Shown: positions 50,929-63,017, counted from the stretch's first letter. The stretch is DNA of 64,000 bases from Alphaproteobacteria bacterium (GCA_963555825.3 CAUVXB020000001.1:544001-608000), one strand, 5' to 3'. The notes: generated from the sequence alone by a model not told the origin. Numbers and translations: made by a program.

Positions 50929-51762
50929 ATGCGTACCGGTCTTATCGCACAGAAAATGGGCATGACCCGCGTGTTCGCCGCAGACGGTGGACACGTACCG
51001 GTCACCGTGCTCAAGGTCGACGACTGCCAGGTGATCGGCACACGGACCGAAGAGCGCGACGGATATTCGGCGCTGCAGCTCGGTGTCGGCAAGGCCAAGG
51101 TCAAGAATGTCGGCAAGGCGATGCGCGGGCATTTCGCGGCGGCGCGTGTCGAGCCGAAGCGCAAGGTCGTTGAATTCCGTGTTTCCTCCGATGCGCTGGT
51201 CGACGTCGGCGCGACCATCTCGGTCGACCATTTCGTCTCCGGTCAGTTGGTCGATGTCGTCGGTACCTCGATCGGCAAGGGTTATGCCGGCGTCATGAAG
51301 CGCCACAACTTCTCGGGCCAGCGCGCCACTCACGGCGTCTCGCTGTCGCACCGCGCAGCCGGCTCGACCGGCCAATGCCAGGACCCGGGCAAGGTCTTCA
51401 AGGGCAAGAAGATGGCCGGCCATATGGGTGATGCCCGGGTGACCGTGCAGAATCTCGAAATCATCGACGTCGACACCGAGAAGGGGCTGATCCTGGTCAA
51501 GGGCGGGGTGCCCGGCGCGAAGAGCGGTTTCGTTCTCGTCTCCGACGCCAAGAAGCGCGCACGGCCGGAGAGCGCGCCTTATCCGGCGGCGCTTTCGGGC
51601 GGCGCACCGACGCCCGAAGAGACGGTCGATGAGACCGAGGTAGTCGAGGACGAGGTCGACGCCGTCGAGGCCGAGACGGCAATCGTCGAGACAGTGGATG
51701 CCGGCGCCGATGCGGCTGCGGATGCTGACGAGTCCGGCGACGACGGCGACAAGAAGGAGTAG
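50929..51762 (+). CDS. rplC: 50S ribosomal protein L3 with acidic C-terminal extension
   Basis: [29 protein letters not shown]. Confidence 0.98.
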   Translation: MRTGLIAQKMGMTRVFAADGGHVPVTVLKVDDCQVIGTRTEERDGYSALQLGVGKAKVKNVGKAMRGHFAAARVEPKRKVVEFRVSSDALVDVGATISVDHFVSGQLVDVVGTSIGKGYAGVMKRHNFSGQRATHGVSLSHRAAGSTGQCQDPGKVFKGKKMAGHMGDARVTVQNLEIIDVDTEKGLILVKGGVPGAKSGFVLVSDAKKRARPESAPYPAALSGGAPTPEETVDETEVVEDEVDAVEAETAIVETVDAGADAAADADESGDDGDKKE

Positions 51763-51767
51763 CGGCG

Positions 51768-52388
51768 GTGAAGTGCGACGTAACCACGCTTGAAAATGGC
51801 GAAGCAGGCAGCATCGACCTGGCGGACGAAGTGTTCGGCCTGCCGTCGCGCGCCGATATCTTGCAGCGCACGGTCGTCTGGCAGCTCGCCAAGCGCCGCG
51901 CCGGAACGCACAAGACCAAGGGCACCAGCGACGTCAACGGATCGCGCCAGAAGGTTTTCCGCCAGAAGGGTGGTGGCCGGGCGCGCCATCGGACGCGCCA
52001 CGCGACGCAGTTCCGCGGCGGTTCGGTGACGTTCGGTCCGGTCGTGCGCAGCCATGCCATCGGGCTGCCCAAGAAGGTTCGGCGACTGGCGCTCAAGACC
52101 GCACTGTCAACCAAGCTGGCCGAGGGCAAGCTGAAGGTGGTCGACGCGCTGGCGGCCGAGACACCCAAGACGGCGGCGTTGGGCAAGACCATCGACGCGC
52201 TGGGGTGGTCGCGCATCCTGTTCATCGACGGCAGCCAGCTGGACGTGAATTTCCAGCGCGCCGCGGCCAACCTGATCGGCGTCAAGGTGATGCCGCAGGA
52301 GGGCGCCAATGTTTACGACATCCTGCGCTGCGACACGCTTGTCCTGTCGCGCGCGGCGGTCGAGCACCTGGAGGCACGCCTCAAATGA
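51768..52388 (+). CDS. rplD: 50S ribosomal protein L4
   Basis: [33 protein letters not shown]. Confidence 0.98.
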   Translation: MKCDVTTLENGEAGSIDLADEVFGLPSRADILQRTVVWQLAKRRAGTHKTKGTSDVNGSRQKVFRQKGGGRARHRTRHATQFRGGSVTFGPVVRSHAIGLPKKVRRLALKTALSTKLAEGKLKVVDALAAETPKTAALGKTIDALGWSRILFIDGSQLDVNFQRAAANLIGVKVMPQEGANVYDILRCDTLVLSRAAVEHLEARLK

Positions 52389-52678
52389 TCCGCGAGAGCA
52401 TGTACGACATCATCCGGGCGCCGGTGGTTACCGAAAAGTCGACCCAGGGCAGCGAGTACAACCAGGTGACGTTCCGGGTCAGCCCCAACGCGACCAAGCC
52501 GCAAATCAAGCGGGCGGTCGAAGGGTTGTTCAGCGTCAAGGTGACCAAGGTCAACACGCTCAACATGAACGGCAAGGTCAAGATGTTCAAAGGCCGGCGG
52601 GGCAAGCGTGCCGATTACAAGAAAGCGATCGTGACCCTCGCCGAGGGCAATTCGATCGATATCACGACGGGGATCTAA
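52385..52678 (+). CDS. rplW: 50S ribosomal protein L23
   Basis: [25 protein letters not shown]. Confidence 0.98.
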   Translation: MIRESMYDIIRAPVVTEKSTQGSEYNQVTFRVSPNATKPQIKRAVEGLFSVKVTKVNTLNMNGKVKMFKGRRGKRADYKKAIVTLAEGNSIDITTGI

Positions 52679-52681
52679 GTC

Positions 52682-53509
52682 ATGGCTCTGAAGCATTTCA
52701 AGCCGACCACGCCGTCCCAGCGCGAGCTCGTGCTGGTCGACCGCTCGGCGCTTTGGAAGGGCAAGCCCGTGAAGACGCTGACCGAAGGCTTGAGCAAGTC
52801 CGGTGGGCGGAACAACAAGGGGCGTGTCACGGTGTGGTCGCGCGGTGGTGGCCACAAGCGCCGCTACCGTATGATCGACTTCAAAAGGCGCAAGTTCGAC
52901 GTGCCGGCCAAGGTCGAGCGGCTCGAGTACGATCCCAATCGTTCGGCCTTCATTGCGCTGATCCGATACCAGGACGGCGAGTTGTCCTACATCGTCGCGC
53001 CGCAGCGACTGCGCGTCGGCGATAGCGTGATCTCGGCCGAGCGGGCCGACATCGTGCCCGGCAACGCGATGCCGATGCAGAACATTCCGGTCGGCACGAT
53101 CATCCATAACATCGAGATGAAGCCGGGCAAGGGCGCCCAGATGGCGCGCGCCGCCGGTGCCTATGCGCAGCTGGTCGGCAAGGATTCCGGTTATGTCCTG
53201 CTGCGCCTCACGTCGGGCGAGCGGCGCATGGTGCGCGCCGAGTGCATGGCGACGATTGGCGCCGTGTCGAACCCGGATCATCAGAACATCAATCTCGGCA
53301 AGGCGGGTCGCAAGCGCTGGCTGGGCAGGCGTCCTGTCGTGCGCGGTGTCGCCATGAACCCGGTCGACCATCCGCATGGCGGCGGCGAGGGCCGCACCTC
53401 GGGCGGCCGGCACCCGGTCACGCCGTGGGGCAAGCCCACCAAGGGCAAGCGGACGCGCTCGAACAAATCAACCGACCGCCTGATTCTCAGGCGCCGGCGC
53501 AAGAAATAG
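52682..53509 (+). CDS. rplB: 50S ribosomal protein L2
   Basis: [30 protein letters not shown]. Confidence 0.99.
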   Translation: MALKHFKPTTPSQRELVLVDRSALWKGKPVKTLTEGLSKSGGRNNKGRVTVWSRGGGHKRRYRMIDFKRRKFDVPAKVERLEYDPNRSAFIALIRYQDGELSYIVAPQRLRVGDSVISAERADIVPGNAMPMQNIPVGTIIHNIEMKPGKGAQMARAAGAYAQLVGKDSGYVLLRLTSGERRMVRAECMATIGAVSNPDHQNINLGKAGRKRWLGRRPVVRGVAMNPVDHPHGGGEGRTSGGRHPVTPWGKPTKGKRTRSNKSTDRLILRRRRKK

Positions 53510-53521
53510 GAGTGAATTGAC

Positions 53522-53800
53522 GTGGCACGTTCGGTTTGGAAGGGGCCCTTCGTCGACGGCTATCTCCTGCGCAAGGCGGAGACGGCGCGCGCGACGGGGC
53601 GCAAAGAGGTAATCCGCACCTGGTCGCGGCGCTCGACGATTCTGCCTCAGTTCGTCGGCCTCACATTCGGTGTCTACAACGGGCGCAAGTTCGTCCCCGT
53701 GCTGGTCACCGAGAACATGGTCGGCCACAAGCTGGGCGAGTTCTCGCCGACCCGGACTTACTTCGGCCACACCGCCGACAAGAAAGTGCGGAGGATTTAA
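53522..53800 (+). CDS. rpsS: 30S ribosomal protein S19
   Basis: [23 protein letters not shown]. Confidence 0.99.
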   Translation: MARSVWKGPFVDGYLLRKAETARATGRKEVIRTWSRRSTILPQFVGLTFGVYNGRKFVPVLVTENMVGHKLGEFSPTRTYFGHTADKKVRRI

Positions 53801-53804
53801 CGGC

Positions 53805-54185
53805 ATGGGTAAGCAGGCCAACGAGCGCCGCTTGGCGGAAAACGAGGCGATGGCGATAACCCGTCGGCTGCGCATCGGCGCGCAAAAGCTGAACCTGGTC
53901 GCCGAGAGCATCCGCGGCCTGGCGGTCGACGATGCGCTGAGCCGGTTGAGCTTCTCGCGCCGCCGCATCGCCGGCGACGTACGCAAGACCGTGCAGTCCG
54001 CGATCGCCAACGCGGAGAACAACCACAATCTCGACGTCGACCGGCTCTATGTCGCCGAGGCAACGGTCGGCAGAGCCATGGTCATGAAACGCTGGCGCGC
54101 CCGGGCGCGCGGCCGCGTCGCCCGTATCGAGAAGCCATTCAGCCACCTGACCGTGGTCGTACGCGAACGCGAGGAGCAAATCTAA
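53805..54185 (+). CDS. rplV: 50S ribosomal protein L22
   Basis: [20 protein letters not shown]. Confidence 0.98.
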   Translation: MGKQANERRLAENEAMAITRRLRIGAQKLNLVAESIRGLAVDDALSRLSFSRRRIAGDVRKTVQSAIANAENNHNLDVDRLYVAEATVGRAMVMKRWRARARGRVARIEKPFSHLTVVVREREEQI

Positions 54186-54868
54186 TGGGCCAGAAGGTCA
54201 ATCCGATCGGTCTGCGTCTGGGGATCAACCGGACCTGGGACTCGCGCTGGTACGCCGACAGCAACTACGCCGATTTGCTGCACGAGGACATCCGCCTGCG
54301 CAAATATCTGAAGAAGCGCCTGGCCCAGGCCGGCGTCAGCCGGGTCGTCATCGAGCGGCCAGCCAAGAAGGCGCGCATCACGATTCACACCGCGCGGCCT
54401 GGCGTCGTCATCGGCAAGAAGGGCGTCGACATCGAGAAGTTGCGCGTCGACATCGCCGCGATGACCGGCGGCGAGGTGCATCTCAACATCGTCGAGATTC
54501 GCAAGCCCGAGATCGATGCCCAGCTGGTCGCCGAGAACATCGCCCAGCAGCTCGAGCGGCGCATCGGTTTTCGCCGCGCCATGAAGCGCGCCGTGCAGTC
54601 GGCGATGCGGCTTGGCGCGCAAGGCATCCGGATCAACTGTGGCGGCCGTCTGGGCGGCGCCGAGATCGCGCGCACCGAGTGGTACCGCGAGGGCCGCGTG
54701 CCGCTGCACACGCTGCGCGCCGATGTCGATTACGGCACCACGACAGCGATCACGAGCTATGGCACCTGCGGCGTCAAGGTTTGGGTCTTCAAGGGCGAGA
54801 TCATGGAACACGACCCGATGGCGCAGGACAAGCGCGCCATGGATCAGCAGACCGGCGCGCGCGGTTAA
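54185..54868 (+). CDS. rpsC: 30S ribosomal protein S3
   Basis: [27 protein letters not shown]. Confidence 0.99.
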   Translation: MGQKVNPIGLRLGINRTWDSRWYADSNYADLLHEDIRLRKYLKKRLAQAGVSRVVIERPAKKARITIHTARPGVVIGKKGVDIEKLRVDIAAMTGGEVHLNIVEIRKPEIDAQLVAENIAQQLERRIGFRRAMKRAVQSAMRLGAQGIRINCGGRLGGAEIARTEWYREGRVPLHTLRADVDYGTTTAITSYGTCGVKVWVFKGEIMEHDPMAQDKRAMDQQTGARG

Positions 54869-54894
54869 GGTTTTAGGTAGAGGGACGTTTCGAC

Positions 54895-55311
54895 ATGTTA
54901 AGCCCCAAGCGGACGAAGTATCGCAAGGCCCACAAGGGCCGCGTGCACGGCCTGGCCAAGGGCGGGACCGAGCTCAATTTCGGTTCCTATGGGCTGAAGG
55001 CGACGACGACGGGCCGCATCACCTCGCGCCAGATCGAGGCTGCGCGGCGCGCCATCACGCGTCGGATGAAGCGTGCTGGGCGTGTCTGGATCCGGATTTT
55101 TCCAGACGTGCCGGTCAGCACCAAGCCGACCGAAGTACGCATGGGTAAGGGCAAAGGCTCGCCCGAATATTGGATGGCGCGGGTCAAGCCGGGCCGCATC
55201 ATGTTCGAGGTCGACGGTGTCGACGAGGTTATCGCCCGCGAGGCGTTCGACCGCGGCGCGGCGAAGTTGCCGGTTCAGACGCGCATCATCATACGTCCCG
55301 AGGAGGTCTAG
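54895..55311 (+). CDS. rplP: 50S ribosomal protein L16
   Basis: [18 protein letters not shown]. Confidence 0.99.
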   Translation: MLSPKRTKYRKAHKGRVHGLAKGGTELNFGSYGLKATTTGRITSRQIEAARRAITRRMKRAGRVWIRIFPDVPVSTKPTEVRMGKGKGSPEYWMARVKPGRIMFEVDGVDEVIAREAFDRGAAKLPVQTRIIIRPEEV

Positions 55312-55314
55312 GCG

Positions 55315-55512
55315 ATGAAGGCCGAAGAAGTCCGCGCGAAGACCCCCGACGAGCTGTCGGACGCGCTGATCGAGCTCAAGAAGGAGGCGTTCAATCTGCG
55401 CTTCCAACGGGCCACGGGCCAGCTCGAGAACACGGCGCGTATGCGCAAGGTTCGGCGCGATATCGCGCGCATCAAAACCGTGCTGCGGGTTAATGCCCGC
55501 GCCGCGTCTTAG
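55315..55512 (+). CDS. rpmC: 50S ribosomal protein L29
   Basis: [27 protein letters not shown]. Confidence 0.98.
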   Translation: MKAEEVRAKTPDELSDALIELKKEAFNLRFQRATGQLENTARMRKVRRDIARIKTVLRVNARAAS

Positions 55513-55522
55513 GAGTGCTGTG

Positions 55523-55759
55523 ATGCCGGGACGAGTTATGAGCGGAACGGTGGTGAGCGTGGCCGGCGACAAGACCGTTATTGTCCGCGTCGAGCGCCGT
55601 GTGCGCCACCCGATTTATAAGAAGTTCATTCGGCGTTCGAAGAAATACGCCGCGCATGACGCCGACAACCGGTGCAAGCTCGGCGATTTGGTTCGCATCG
55701 GCGAAACGCGGCCGCGGTCAAAGACCAAGCATTGGGAAGTACTGGTCGACGCCGCCTAA
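55523..55759 (+). CDS. rpsQ: 30S ribosomal protein S17
   Basis: [23 protein letters not shown]. Confidence 0.98.
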   Translation: MPGRVMSGTVVSVAGDKTVIVRVERRVRHPIYKKFIRRSKKYAAHDADNRCKLGDLVRIGETRPRSKTKHWEVLVDAA

Positions 55760-55791
55760 GCGGTGCGACCTTGCGGTAGGAAGGATTTGTC

Positions 55792-56160
55792 ATGATTCAG
55801 ATGCAAACCAACCTGGATGTCGCCGATAACTCCGGCGCGCGTCGGGTGCAGTGCATCAAGGTGCTGGGCGGTTCGGGGCGGACCACGGCCAACGTCGGCG
55901 ACGTGATCGTCGTCTCGGTCAAGGACGCCATCCCGCGCGGCAAGGTGAAGAAGGGCGACATGCATCGCGCGGTCATCGTGCGTACCGCCAAGGAGATTCG
56001 ACGGAAGGACGGCACGGCGATCCGCTTCGATCGCAACGCCGCCGTCCTGATCACGCCGCAGGGCGAGCCGATCGGCACGCGTATCTTTGGCCCGGTGACG
56101 CGCGAGCTCAGGGCGAAGAAGTTCATGAAGATCATTTCGCTCGCGCCCGAGGTGTTGTGA
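55792..56160 (+). CDS. rplN: 50S ribosomal protein L14
   Basis: [22 protein letters not shown]. Confidence 0.99.
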   Translation: MIQMQTNLDVADNSGARRVQCIKVLGGSGRTTANVGDVIVVSVKDAIPRGKVKKGDMHRAVIVRTAKEIRRKDGTAIRFDRNAAVLITPQGEPIGTRIFGPVTRELRAKKFMKIISLAPEVL

Positions 56161-56483
56161 TGAACACGAAACTACGCGTCAAGAAGGGTGACGAAGTGAT
56201 CGTCTTGACCGGCCGGGAAAAGGGCAAGAAGGGCAGCGTGTTGAAGGTCATGCCAAAGGACCAGCGCCTGCTCGTTCAGGGCGTCAACATGGTCAAACGC
56301 CACACCCGGCCGTCGCAAGCCAATCCGGGCGGCATCATCGAGAAGGAAGGCAGTCTCCACGTCTCGAATGTCGCTCATGTCGACCCCAAGACCGGTGAGC
56401 CGACCCGTGTCGGCTACCGCTACCTCGACGACGGCCGCAAGGTGCGCTTCGCGAAGCGCTCGGGCGAGATCATCGACGTCTGA
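56160..56483 (+). CDS. rplX: 50S ribosomal protein L24
   Basis: [23 protein letters not shown]. Confidence 0.98.
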   Translation: MNTKLRVKKGDEVIVLTGREKGKKGSVLKVMPKDQRLLVQGVNMVKRHTRPSQANPGGIIEKEGSLHVSNVAHVDPKTGEPTRVGYRYLDDGRKVRFAKRSGEIIDV

Positions 56484-56514
56484 GGCGGCAGAGAGCCGAG
56501 AGAGAGAAACCGCT

Positions 56515-57057
56515 ATGACCCCGCGTATGAAAGAGCATTACGAAACGGTCGTGCGGCCGGAACTGCTGAAGCAGTTCGGCTACGCCAATCCGATGCAGGT
56601 GCCGCGTTTGGACAAGATCGTCGTCAATATGGGCGTCGGCGAGGCGACCGGTGACAGCAAGGTGATCGCCTCGACGGTCGACGAGATGACCTTGATCACC
56701 GGCCAGAAGCCGATCGTCATCAAGGCGAAGCGCTCGGTCGCGGCGTTCAAGCTGCGCGAGGGCATGCCGATCGGCGTCAAAGTGACGCTCCGGCGCACCC
56801 GGATGTATGAGTTTCTCGACCGCTTGATCACAATCGCCCTGCCGCGCGTGCGCGATTTCCGCGGCGTCTCGCCGAAGAGCTTCGACGGGCGCGGCAACTT
56901 CGCGATTGGCATCAAGGAGCAGATCGTGTTCCCCGAAATCGAGTACGACAAGATCGACAACGTGCGGGGCATGGACATTGTCATTGTGACGACGGCTGAC
57001 ACCGACGATGAAGCGCGCGCGCTGCTCGCCGGTTTCCAGATGCCGTTCAACGCTTAA
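56515..57057 (+). CDS. rplE: 50S ribosomal protein L5
   Basis: [24 protein letters not shown]. Confidence 0.99.
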   Translation: MTPRMKEHYETVVRPELLKQFGYANPMQVPRLDKIVVNMGVGEATGDSKVIASTVDEMTLITGQKPIVIKAKRSVAAFKLREGMPIGVKVTLRRTRMYEFLDRLITIALPRVRDFRGVSPKSFDGRGNFAIGIKEQIVFPEIEYDKIDNVRGMDIVIVTTADTDDEARALLAGFQMPFNA

Positions 57058-57088
57058 CGTTAGAAGACGACCGAACGAGGTTCTGTAA

Positions 57089-57394
57089 ATGGCGAAGAAG
57101 AGCGCAGTTGAGAAGAATTTGCGGCGCCAACGCATGGTCAACAAATATGCCGCGCGGCGCGCCAATCTCCTCGAGATGGCCAACGACAAGTCGTTGCCCC
57201 AGGAGGAGCGGTTCGCCGCCCGGCTCAAGCTGGCCGCGCTGCCGCGTGACGGGTCGAAGACGCGTGTCCGCAACCGGTGCGAGATTTCGGGCCGGCCGCG
57301 CGGCTATTACCGCAAATTCAAGATGTCCCGCATTGCGTTGCGCGATTTGGCGTCGGCCGGCCAGGTACCCGGCGTCGTCAAGGCGAGTTGGTAG
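57089..57394 (+). CDS. rpsN: 30S ribosomal protein S14 (101-aa, Zn-independent type)
   Basis: [20 protein letters not shown]. Confidence 0.99.
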   Translation: MAKKSAVEKNLRRQRMVNKYAARRANLLEMANDKSLPQEERFAARLKLAALPRDGSKTRVRNRCEISGRPRGYYRKFKMSRIALRDLASAGQVPGVVKASW

Positions 57395-57407
57395 GGGAGG
57401 ACGCGAA

Positions 57408-57806
57408 ATGACTATGAGCGATCCCTTGGGCGATATGCTGACCCGCATCCGCAACGGCCAGCGCGCGAATTTGTCGTCGGTCGTCAGCCCGGCGTCAAAA
57501 ATCCGCGCCCGGGTTCTGGAAGTGTTGGTCCGCGAGGGCTATATCCGTGGCTATGAGAAGCAAGACTTCGACGGCGGCAAGAGCGCGCTGACGATCGAGC
57601 TCAAGTACACCGAGGGCGAGCCGGCGATCCGCGAGATCAGCCGCGTCTCGAAGCCGGGGCGCCGCGTCTACTCGCCGGTCAAGGACCTGCCGCGGGTTTA
57701 CAACGGGCTCGGTATCTCGATCCTCTCGACGCCGCGCGGCGTGATGTCGGATGGCGAGGCGCGCGAGGCGCACGTCGGCGGCGAAGTGCTCTGCACGGTA
57801 TTCTAG
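57408..57806 (+). CDS. rpsH: 30S ribosomal protein S8
   Basis: [26 protein letters not shown]. Confidence 0.99.
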   Translation: MTMSDPLGDMLTRIRNGQRANLSSVVSPASKIRARVLEVLVREGYIRGYEKQDFDGGKSALTIELKYTEGEPAIREISRVSKPGRRVYSPVKDLPRVYNGLGISILSTPRGVMSDGEAREAHVGGEVLCTVF

Positions 57807-57816
57807 GAGTCAGGTG

Positions 57817-58350
57817 ATGTCCCGAGTTGGCAAACATCCGGTCGCAATTCCCGCCGGCGTCGAGTTCGCGATGAACGACGCGCGGGTGACGATCAAGGGC
57901 AAGCTTGGCGAACTCCGCTCGCCGCAGCTGCCCGATGTCGACATCAGCGTCGAGGACTCTCAGATCTGGGTGCGGCCGAGCAACGACGGTAAACGGGCCC
58001 AGGCGATGTGGGGCACGGCGCGCAGCGTGATCGCCAATATGGTAGTCGGCGTCTCGGAGGGTTTCACCAAGCGGCTCGACATCAACGGCGTCGGTTACCG
58101 CGCAGCGGTCCAGGGCAAGACCCTCACGCTGCAGCTTGGCTATAGCCATGACATCGTCTATCCGGTACCGGAAGGCCTGACGATTACCTGCGAGCGGCCC
58201 AACCAGATCATGGTCTCCGGCGCCGATCGGCAGCGTGTTGGCCAGGCGGCGGCCGAGATCCGCGCGTTCCGCAAGCCCGAGCCCTACAAGGGCAAGGGTA
58301 TCAAATACGCCGACGAATGGGTCCGGCGCAAAGAAGGCAAGAAGAAGTAG
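57817..58350 (+). CDS. rplF: 50S ribosomal protein L6
   Basis: [24 protein letters not shown]. Confidence 0.99.
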   Translation: MSRVGKHPVAIPAGVEFAMNDARVTIKGKLGELRSPQLPDVDISVEDSQIWVRPSNDGKRAQAMWGTARSVIANMVVGVSEGFTKRLDINGVGYRAAVQGKTLTLQLGYSHDIVYPVPEGLTITCERPNQIMVSGADRQRVGQAAAEIRAFRKPEPYKGKGIKYADEWVRRKEGKKK

Positions 58351-58361
58351 GTGGCGCGATA

Positions 58362-58724
58362 ATGTCCAAAACACGGGATCTATACGTCCGACGCAAGCGA
58401 CGCGTTCGCGGCAGTCTCGCCAAGCGTGGCAAGGGGCGTCCGAGGCTCAGCGTGTTTCGCTCGTCGAAGCACATCTACGCGCAGGTCATCGACGATGCGA
58501 AGGGCGCCACACTCGTCGCGGCGTCGAGCATGGAAAAAGACCTGCGCGGCGCGCTGAAGACCGGCGCCGACAAGTCGGCGGCGGCGCGCGTCGGCGCGTT
58601 GATCGCCGAACGTGCCACGGCCGCCGGCGTCACCGACGTGGTCTTCGACCGCGGCGGCTGCATCTTTCACGGCCGCGTCAAGGCGCTGGCTGATTCGGCC
58701 CGCGAAGGCGGGCTGAACTTCTAA
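58362..58724 (+). CDS. rplR: 50S ribosomal protein L18
   Basis: [32 protein letters not shown]. Confidence 0.99.
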   Translation: MSKTRDLYVRRKRRVRGSLAKRGKGRPRLSVFRSSKHIYAQVIDDAKGATLVAASSMEKDLRGALKTGADKSAAARVGALIAERATAAGVTDVVFDRGGCIFHGRVKALADSAREGGLNF

Positions 58725-58736
58725 GGATCGATTGAT

Positions 58737-59285
58737 ATGGCATTCATGGACCGACGCGGGGCGGACGACGGCGACCTCGTCGACAAGCTGGTCAGCATCA
58801 ATCGCGTGGCCAAGGTGGTGAAGGGCGGGCGGCGTTTCGGCTTTGCCGCGCTCGTCGTGGTCGGCGACACCAAGGGGCGGGTCGGCTTCGGCTCGGGCAA
58901 GGCCCGGGAGGTACCCGAGGCAATCCGCAAGGCGACCGAGCAGGCCAAGCGCGAGTTGATCCGCGTGCCGCTGCGCGAAAGCCGGACGCTGCACCACGAC
59001 GTCACCGGGCACTTTGGCGCCGGCCGCGTTGTCCTGCGCACCGCGCCGCCGGGTACCGGTATCATCGCCGGCGGCCCGATGCGCGCCGTCTTCGAGACGC
59101 TCGGCGTGCGCGATGTCGTGACCAAATCGATTGGCACCTCGAACCCGCACAACATGGTGCGCGCCACCTTCGACGCGCTGACCAAGCTGCGCTCGCCGCG
59201 CCAGGTCGCGGCGCGCCGCGGCAAGAAAGTCAGCTACATCATCGGCCGGCGCGAGAAGACGCCGGCCAAGGACGCCAAGGAGTAG
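58737..59285 (+). CDS. rpsE: 30S ribosomal protein S5
   Basis: [22 protein letters not shown]. Confidence 0.99.
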   Translation: MAFMDRRGADDGDLVDKLVSINRVAKVVKGGRRFGFAALVVVGDTKGRVGFGSGKAREVPEAIRKATEQAKRELIRVPLRESRTLHHDVTGHFGAGRVVLRTAPPGTGIIAGGPMRAVFETLGVRDVVTKSIGTSNPHNMVRATFDALTKLRSPRQVAARRGKKVSYIIGRREKTPAKDAKE

Positions 59286-59289
59286 CGCG

Positions 59290-59484
59290 ATGTCGGCAGC
59301 CAAAAAGACGATCCGTGTCACGCAGACGGGCAGCCCGATCGGACGGCAGAGCAAACAGCGCCAGACGCTGATCGGCCTCGGCCTGAACAAGATGCACCGC
59401 ACGCGCGAGCTTGAAGACACGCCCGCGGTGCGCGGCATGGCTAACAAGATTTCACACCTCGTGCGTATCGAAGACGCCGAGTAG
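59290..59484 (+). CDS. rpmD: 50S ribosomal protein L30
   Basis: [19 protein letters not shown]. Confidence 0.98.
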   Translation: MSAAKKTIRVTQTGSPIGRQSKQRQTLIGLGLNKMHRTRELEDTPAVRGMANKISHLVRIEDAE

Positions 59485-59516
59485 GCCTGAAAAGCCGTAA
59501 TAAGGGTTGTAACGTT

Positions 59517-60038
59517 ATGAAACTGAACGAACTTTTCGACAATCCTGGCGCGCGTCAGGCGCCCAAGCGGGTCGGTCGCGGCATCGGCTCGGGGACCGGC
59601 AAGAGGTCGGGCCGTGGCGACAAGGGCCAGAAGTCGCGCAGTGGTGTGGCGATCAAGGGCTTCGAGGGCGGCCAGATGCCGATTTATCGGCGGTTGCCCA
59701 AGCGCGGCTTCACCAATCACCGCTTCGCCAAGACCTATGAGGTGGTCAACCTCGATCGCCTGCAACAGGCCATCGACGAAGGCCGCATCGACGCCAAGAA
59801 GCCGGTCGACCGCGCGGCGCTGATGGCCGCCGGGCTGGTCCGCAAGCAGCGCGACGACGGCGTGCGTCTGCTCGGCCGCGGTGAACTCAAGGCCAAACTC
59901 GACATCACGGTCGACGGCGCCTCGCGCACGGCGATTGCAGCGGTCGAGAAGGCCGGTGGAAAGCTGATCCTGCCCGTCGTGCCCGAAGCCGCGGCATCAT
60001 CAAAGGCCGAAGCAGCGGCCGAGACGCCAAAGGCCTAG
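59517..60038 (+). CDS. rplO: 50S ribosomal protein L15
   Basis: [27 protein letters not shown]. Confidence 0.99.
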   Translation: MKLNELFDNPGARQAPKRVGRGIGSGTGKRSGRGDKGQKSRSGVAIKGFEGGQMPIYRRLPKRGFTNHRFAKTYEVVNLDRLQQAIDEGRIDAKKPVDRAALMAAGLVRKQRDDGVRLLGRGELKAKLDITVDGASRTAIAAVEKAGGKLILPVVPEAAASSKAEAAAETPKA

Positions 60039-60052
60039 GCGGAAAACGATAC

Positions 60053-61393
60053 ATGGCATCGGCCGCAGAACAACTCGCCGCGAACCTCAACTTCGCCGCC
60101 CTTGGTAAGGCGACGGAGCTCAAGAAGCGTTTGTGGTTCACGCTCACCGTGCTGGTGATATATCGGCTCGGGACCTACATTCCGCTTCCGGGGATCGATC
60201 CGGCGATCCTGGAGGACATCTTCCAGCAGAACGCGGGCGGCATCCTGGGCATGTTCAACATGCTCGCCGGCGGTGCTTTGGGGCGCATGACGATCTTCGC
60301 CCTGAACATCATGCCGTACATCTCGGCATCGATCATCATCCAACTCTTGACGACCGTCTCGCCGCATCTCGAGCAGCTCAAGAAGGAAGGCGAGGCGGGC
60401 CGCAAGAAGATCAATCAGTACACGCGCTACGGCACGGTCCTTCTGGCGACGTTCCAGGCCTATGGTATCGCGGTCGGCGTCGAGGGCATGACCGGCTCGT
60501 CGGGCAGCGCGGTGATCGATCCTGGCATGTTCTTCCGCCTCTCAACGGTGATTACGCTGGTCGGCGGCACGATCTTCCTGATGTGGCTGGGTGAGCAGAT
60601 CACCGCGCGCGGCGTCGGCAACGGCATCTCGCTGATCATCTTCGCGGGCATCGTCGCCGAATTGCCGCGGGCGATCGCCGGCACACTCGAGCTCGGCCGC
60701 ACCGGCGCGCTGTCGGCGTTCTTCATCATCTTCCTGATGATCATGGTGGTTAGCGTCATCATGTTCATCGTCTTCATGGAGCGTGCCCAGCGACGCATCG
60801 TCGTGCAGTATCCGAAACGCCAGGTCGGCGCAAAGATGTTCGGCGGCGAAAGTTCACACCTGCCGCTCAAGCTCAACACGGCGGGTGTCATCCCGCCGAT
60901 CTTCGCCAGCTCGATCCTGCTGCTGCCATTGACGCTGGCGGGTTTCAGCGCGGGCCAGGGTCCCGAATGGCTGGGCATGCTTGCGGGATGGCTCGGCCGC
61001 GGCCAGCCGATGTTCATTTTGCTTTATATGTCGGGCATCATCTTCTTCTGCTTCTTCTATACGGCTGTCGTCTTCAATCCGGGCGACACGGCCGACAACC
61101 TGAAGAAATATGGCGGTTTCGTGCCCGGTATCCGGCCCGGCAAGAACACCGCGGAATATCTCGATTATGTCCTGACGCGGCTGACCTGCGTCGGCGCGGC
61201 CTATCTCGCCGCGGTCTGCCTACTTCCCGAGATTTTGATTTCGCAGTACTCCATCCCGTTCTACTTCGGCGGCACGTCGCTGCTGATCGTCGTGACGGTG
61301 ACCATGGACACGGTTGGCCAGATCCATTCGCATCTGCTTGCGCATCAGTACGAGGGCCTGATCAAGAAGGCCAAGTTGCGGGGGCGGCGCTAA
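60053..61393 (+). CDS. secY: Preprotein translocase SecY
   Basis: IMPYISASII, GNGISLIIF, GVIPPIFASS, FGGTSLLI. Confidence 0.99.
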   Translation: MASAAEQLAANLNFAALGKATELKKRLWFTLTVLVIYRLGTYIPLPGIDPAILEDIFQQNAGGILGMFNMLAGGALGRMTIFALNIMPYISASIIIQLLTTVSPHLEQLKKEGEAGRKKINQYTRYGTVLLATFQAYGIAVGVEGMTGSSGSAVIDPGMFFRLSTVITLVGGTIFLMWLGEQITARGVGNGISLIIFAGIVAELPRAIAGTLELGRTGALSAFFIIFLMIMVVSVIMFIVFMERAQRRIVVQYPKRQVGAKMFGGESSHLPLKLNTAGVIPPIFASSILLLPLTLAGFSAGQGPEWLGMLAGWLGRGQPMFILLYMSGIIFFCFFYTAVVFNPGDTADNLKKYGGFVPGIRPGKNTAEYLDYVLTRLTCVGAAYLAAVCLLPEILISQYSIPFYFGGTSLLIVVTVTMDTVGQIHSHLLAHQYEGLIKKAKLRGRR

Positions 61394-62052
61394 TGAACCT
61401 GATCATTTTGGGCCCACCCGGCGCCGGCAAGGGTACTCAGGCGAAGCGCCTGGAGAGTGCCTATGGCCTGGTACAGCTCTCGACCGGCGACATGCTGCGT
61501 GCCGCGGTCGCCGCCGGCACCGAGATCGGCAAGCAGGCCAAGGCGGTGATGGAAGCCGGCGATCTGGTCTCGGACGACATCGTCGTCTCGATCATCGCCG
61601 AGCGCATCGCCGAGCCCGACTGCGCGAGCGGTTTCATCCTCGACGGTTTTCCGCGCACCGTGGCCCAGGCCGAGGCACTCGACGCCATGCTGACCACGCG
61701 CAACGAGCATATCGACGGCGTGCTCGAGATGACGGTCGATGACGACGCGGTGGTCGGACGCATCGCAGGCCGCTTCTCCTGCACCAATTGCGGCGCCGCA
61801 TACAACGACCAGCTCAACCGCCCCAAGGTCGAGAATGTCTGCGACCTGTGCGGCGCCAGCGCGTTCACAAGACGCAAGGACGACAACGCCGAGACCATGG
61901 GCGCGCGGCTCGCCGCCTACCACGCCCAAACCGCCCCGCTGCTGCCGTACTACGCGGCGCGCGGCGTGCTGCGGTCGGTCGACGGCATGGCCGACATCGA
62001 CGCGGTCACGCGCCAGCTTCGCGTTGTCGTTAACGCCATCGGAGAGAATTGA
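61393..62052 (+). CDS. adk: Adenylate kinase with Zn-binding LID
   Basis: GPPGAGKGTQ, STGDMLR, LDGFPR, CTNC..CDLC. Confidence 0.98.
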   Translation: MNLIILGPPGAGKGTQAKRLESAYGLVQLSTGDMLRAAVAAGTEIGKQAKAVMEAGDLVSDDIVVSIIAERIAEPDCASGFILDGFPRTVAQAEALDAMLTTRNEHIDGVLEMTVDDDAVVGRIAGRFSCTNCGAAYNDQLNRPKVENVCDLCGASAFTRRKDDNAETMGARLAAYHAQTAPLLPYYAARGVLRSVDGMADIDAVTRQLRVVVNAIGEN

Positions 62053-62076
62053 CTTGCACCGCTACATTCATATAAT
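62049..62076 (+). promoter_or_regulatory. sigma70 promoter of the alpha operon
   Basis: TTGACT-N16-TATAAT; the -35 overlaps the adk stop codon. Confidence 0.7.
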
Positions 62077-62151
62077 CGCGCTCCGCTCCCACCGGGCTCC
62101 ATGCCGGGCCGTTGCGGGGAACGATTTGCCCTCAGTTAAGGAGACTTAGCC

Positions 62152-62520
62152 GTGGCCCGCATCGCCGGCGTCAACATACCCACGAACAAGCGCGTCGAAA
62201 TCGCGTTGACCTACATCTTTGGCATTGGTCCCACCAAGTCGCGTGAGATTTGCCAGAAGGTCGGCATTCCACTCGAGCGCCGCGTCAACCAGCTTGCCGA
62301 TGCCGATGTGATTCGCATCCGCGAGGTCATCGACCTGGACTACTGGGTCGAAGGCGATCTCAGGCGCGAAGTCGCGATGAACATCAAGCGACTGATGGAC
62401 ATGGGCTGCTATCGCGGCCTGCGCCATCGCCGCGGCCTGCCGGTGCGCGGCCAGCGCACCCACACCAACGCGCGCACCCGCAAGGGCCCGGCGCGGCCGA
62501 TCGCCGGCAGAAAGAAGTAG
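62152..62520 (+). CDS. rpsM: 30S ribosomal protein S13
   Basis: [28 protein letters not shown]. Confidence 0.99.
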   Translation: MARIAGVNIPTNKRVEIALTYIFGIGPTKSREICQKVGIPLERRVNQLADADVIRIREVIDLDYWVEGDLRREVAMNIKRLMDMGCYRGLRHRRGLPVRGQRTHTNARTRKGPARPIAGRKK

Positions 62521-62529
62521 GGGGCCAGC

Positions 62530-62922
62530 ATGGCGAAGGAACAGGCAGCCCGCGTCAAGCGCCGCGAACGGAAGAACATTTCATCGGGCGTGGCGCATGT
62601 CAACGCGACGTTCAACAACACGATCATCACCATCACCGACGCCCAGGGCAATACGATCTCATGGGCATCGGCGGGGAGCCAGGGTTTCAAGGGGTCGCGT
62701 AAATCGACACCCTACGCTGCCCAGATGGCGGCCGAGAACGCCGGAACCAAGGCGCAGGAACACGGCATGAAGACGATCGAGGTCGAGGTGAGGGGCCCCG
62801 GTTCGGGCCGTGAATCGGCACTGCGCGCTTTGCAGACCGTCGGCTTCACGATCACCGCGATCCGCGACGTAAGCCGGATACCGCACAACGGCTGCCGGCC
62901 GCCGAAACGCCGCCGCGTGTAG
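62530..62922 (+). CDS. rpsK: 30S ribosomal protein S11
   Basis: [28 protein letters not shown]. Confidence 0.99.
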   Translation: MAKEQAARVKRRERKNISSGVAHVNATFNNTIITITDAQGNTISWASAGSQGFKGSRKSTPYAAQMAAENAGTKAQEHGMKTIEVEVRGPGSGRESALRALQTVGFTITAIRDVSRIPHNGCRPPKRRRV

Positions 62923-63017
62923 CGATGGCAGCCGCGGCGCCGCCGCGGCCTGAGAATAGCTGGCGTATTGAAAAGGTGGCGGACGCGACGTCCGCCCGAG
63001 CTCGTGAGGATATCTCC

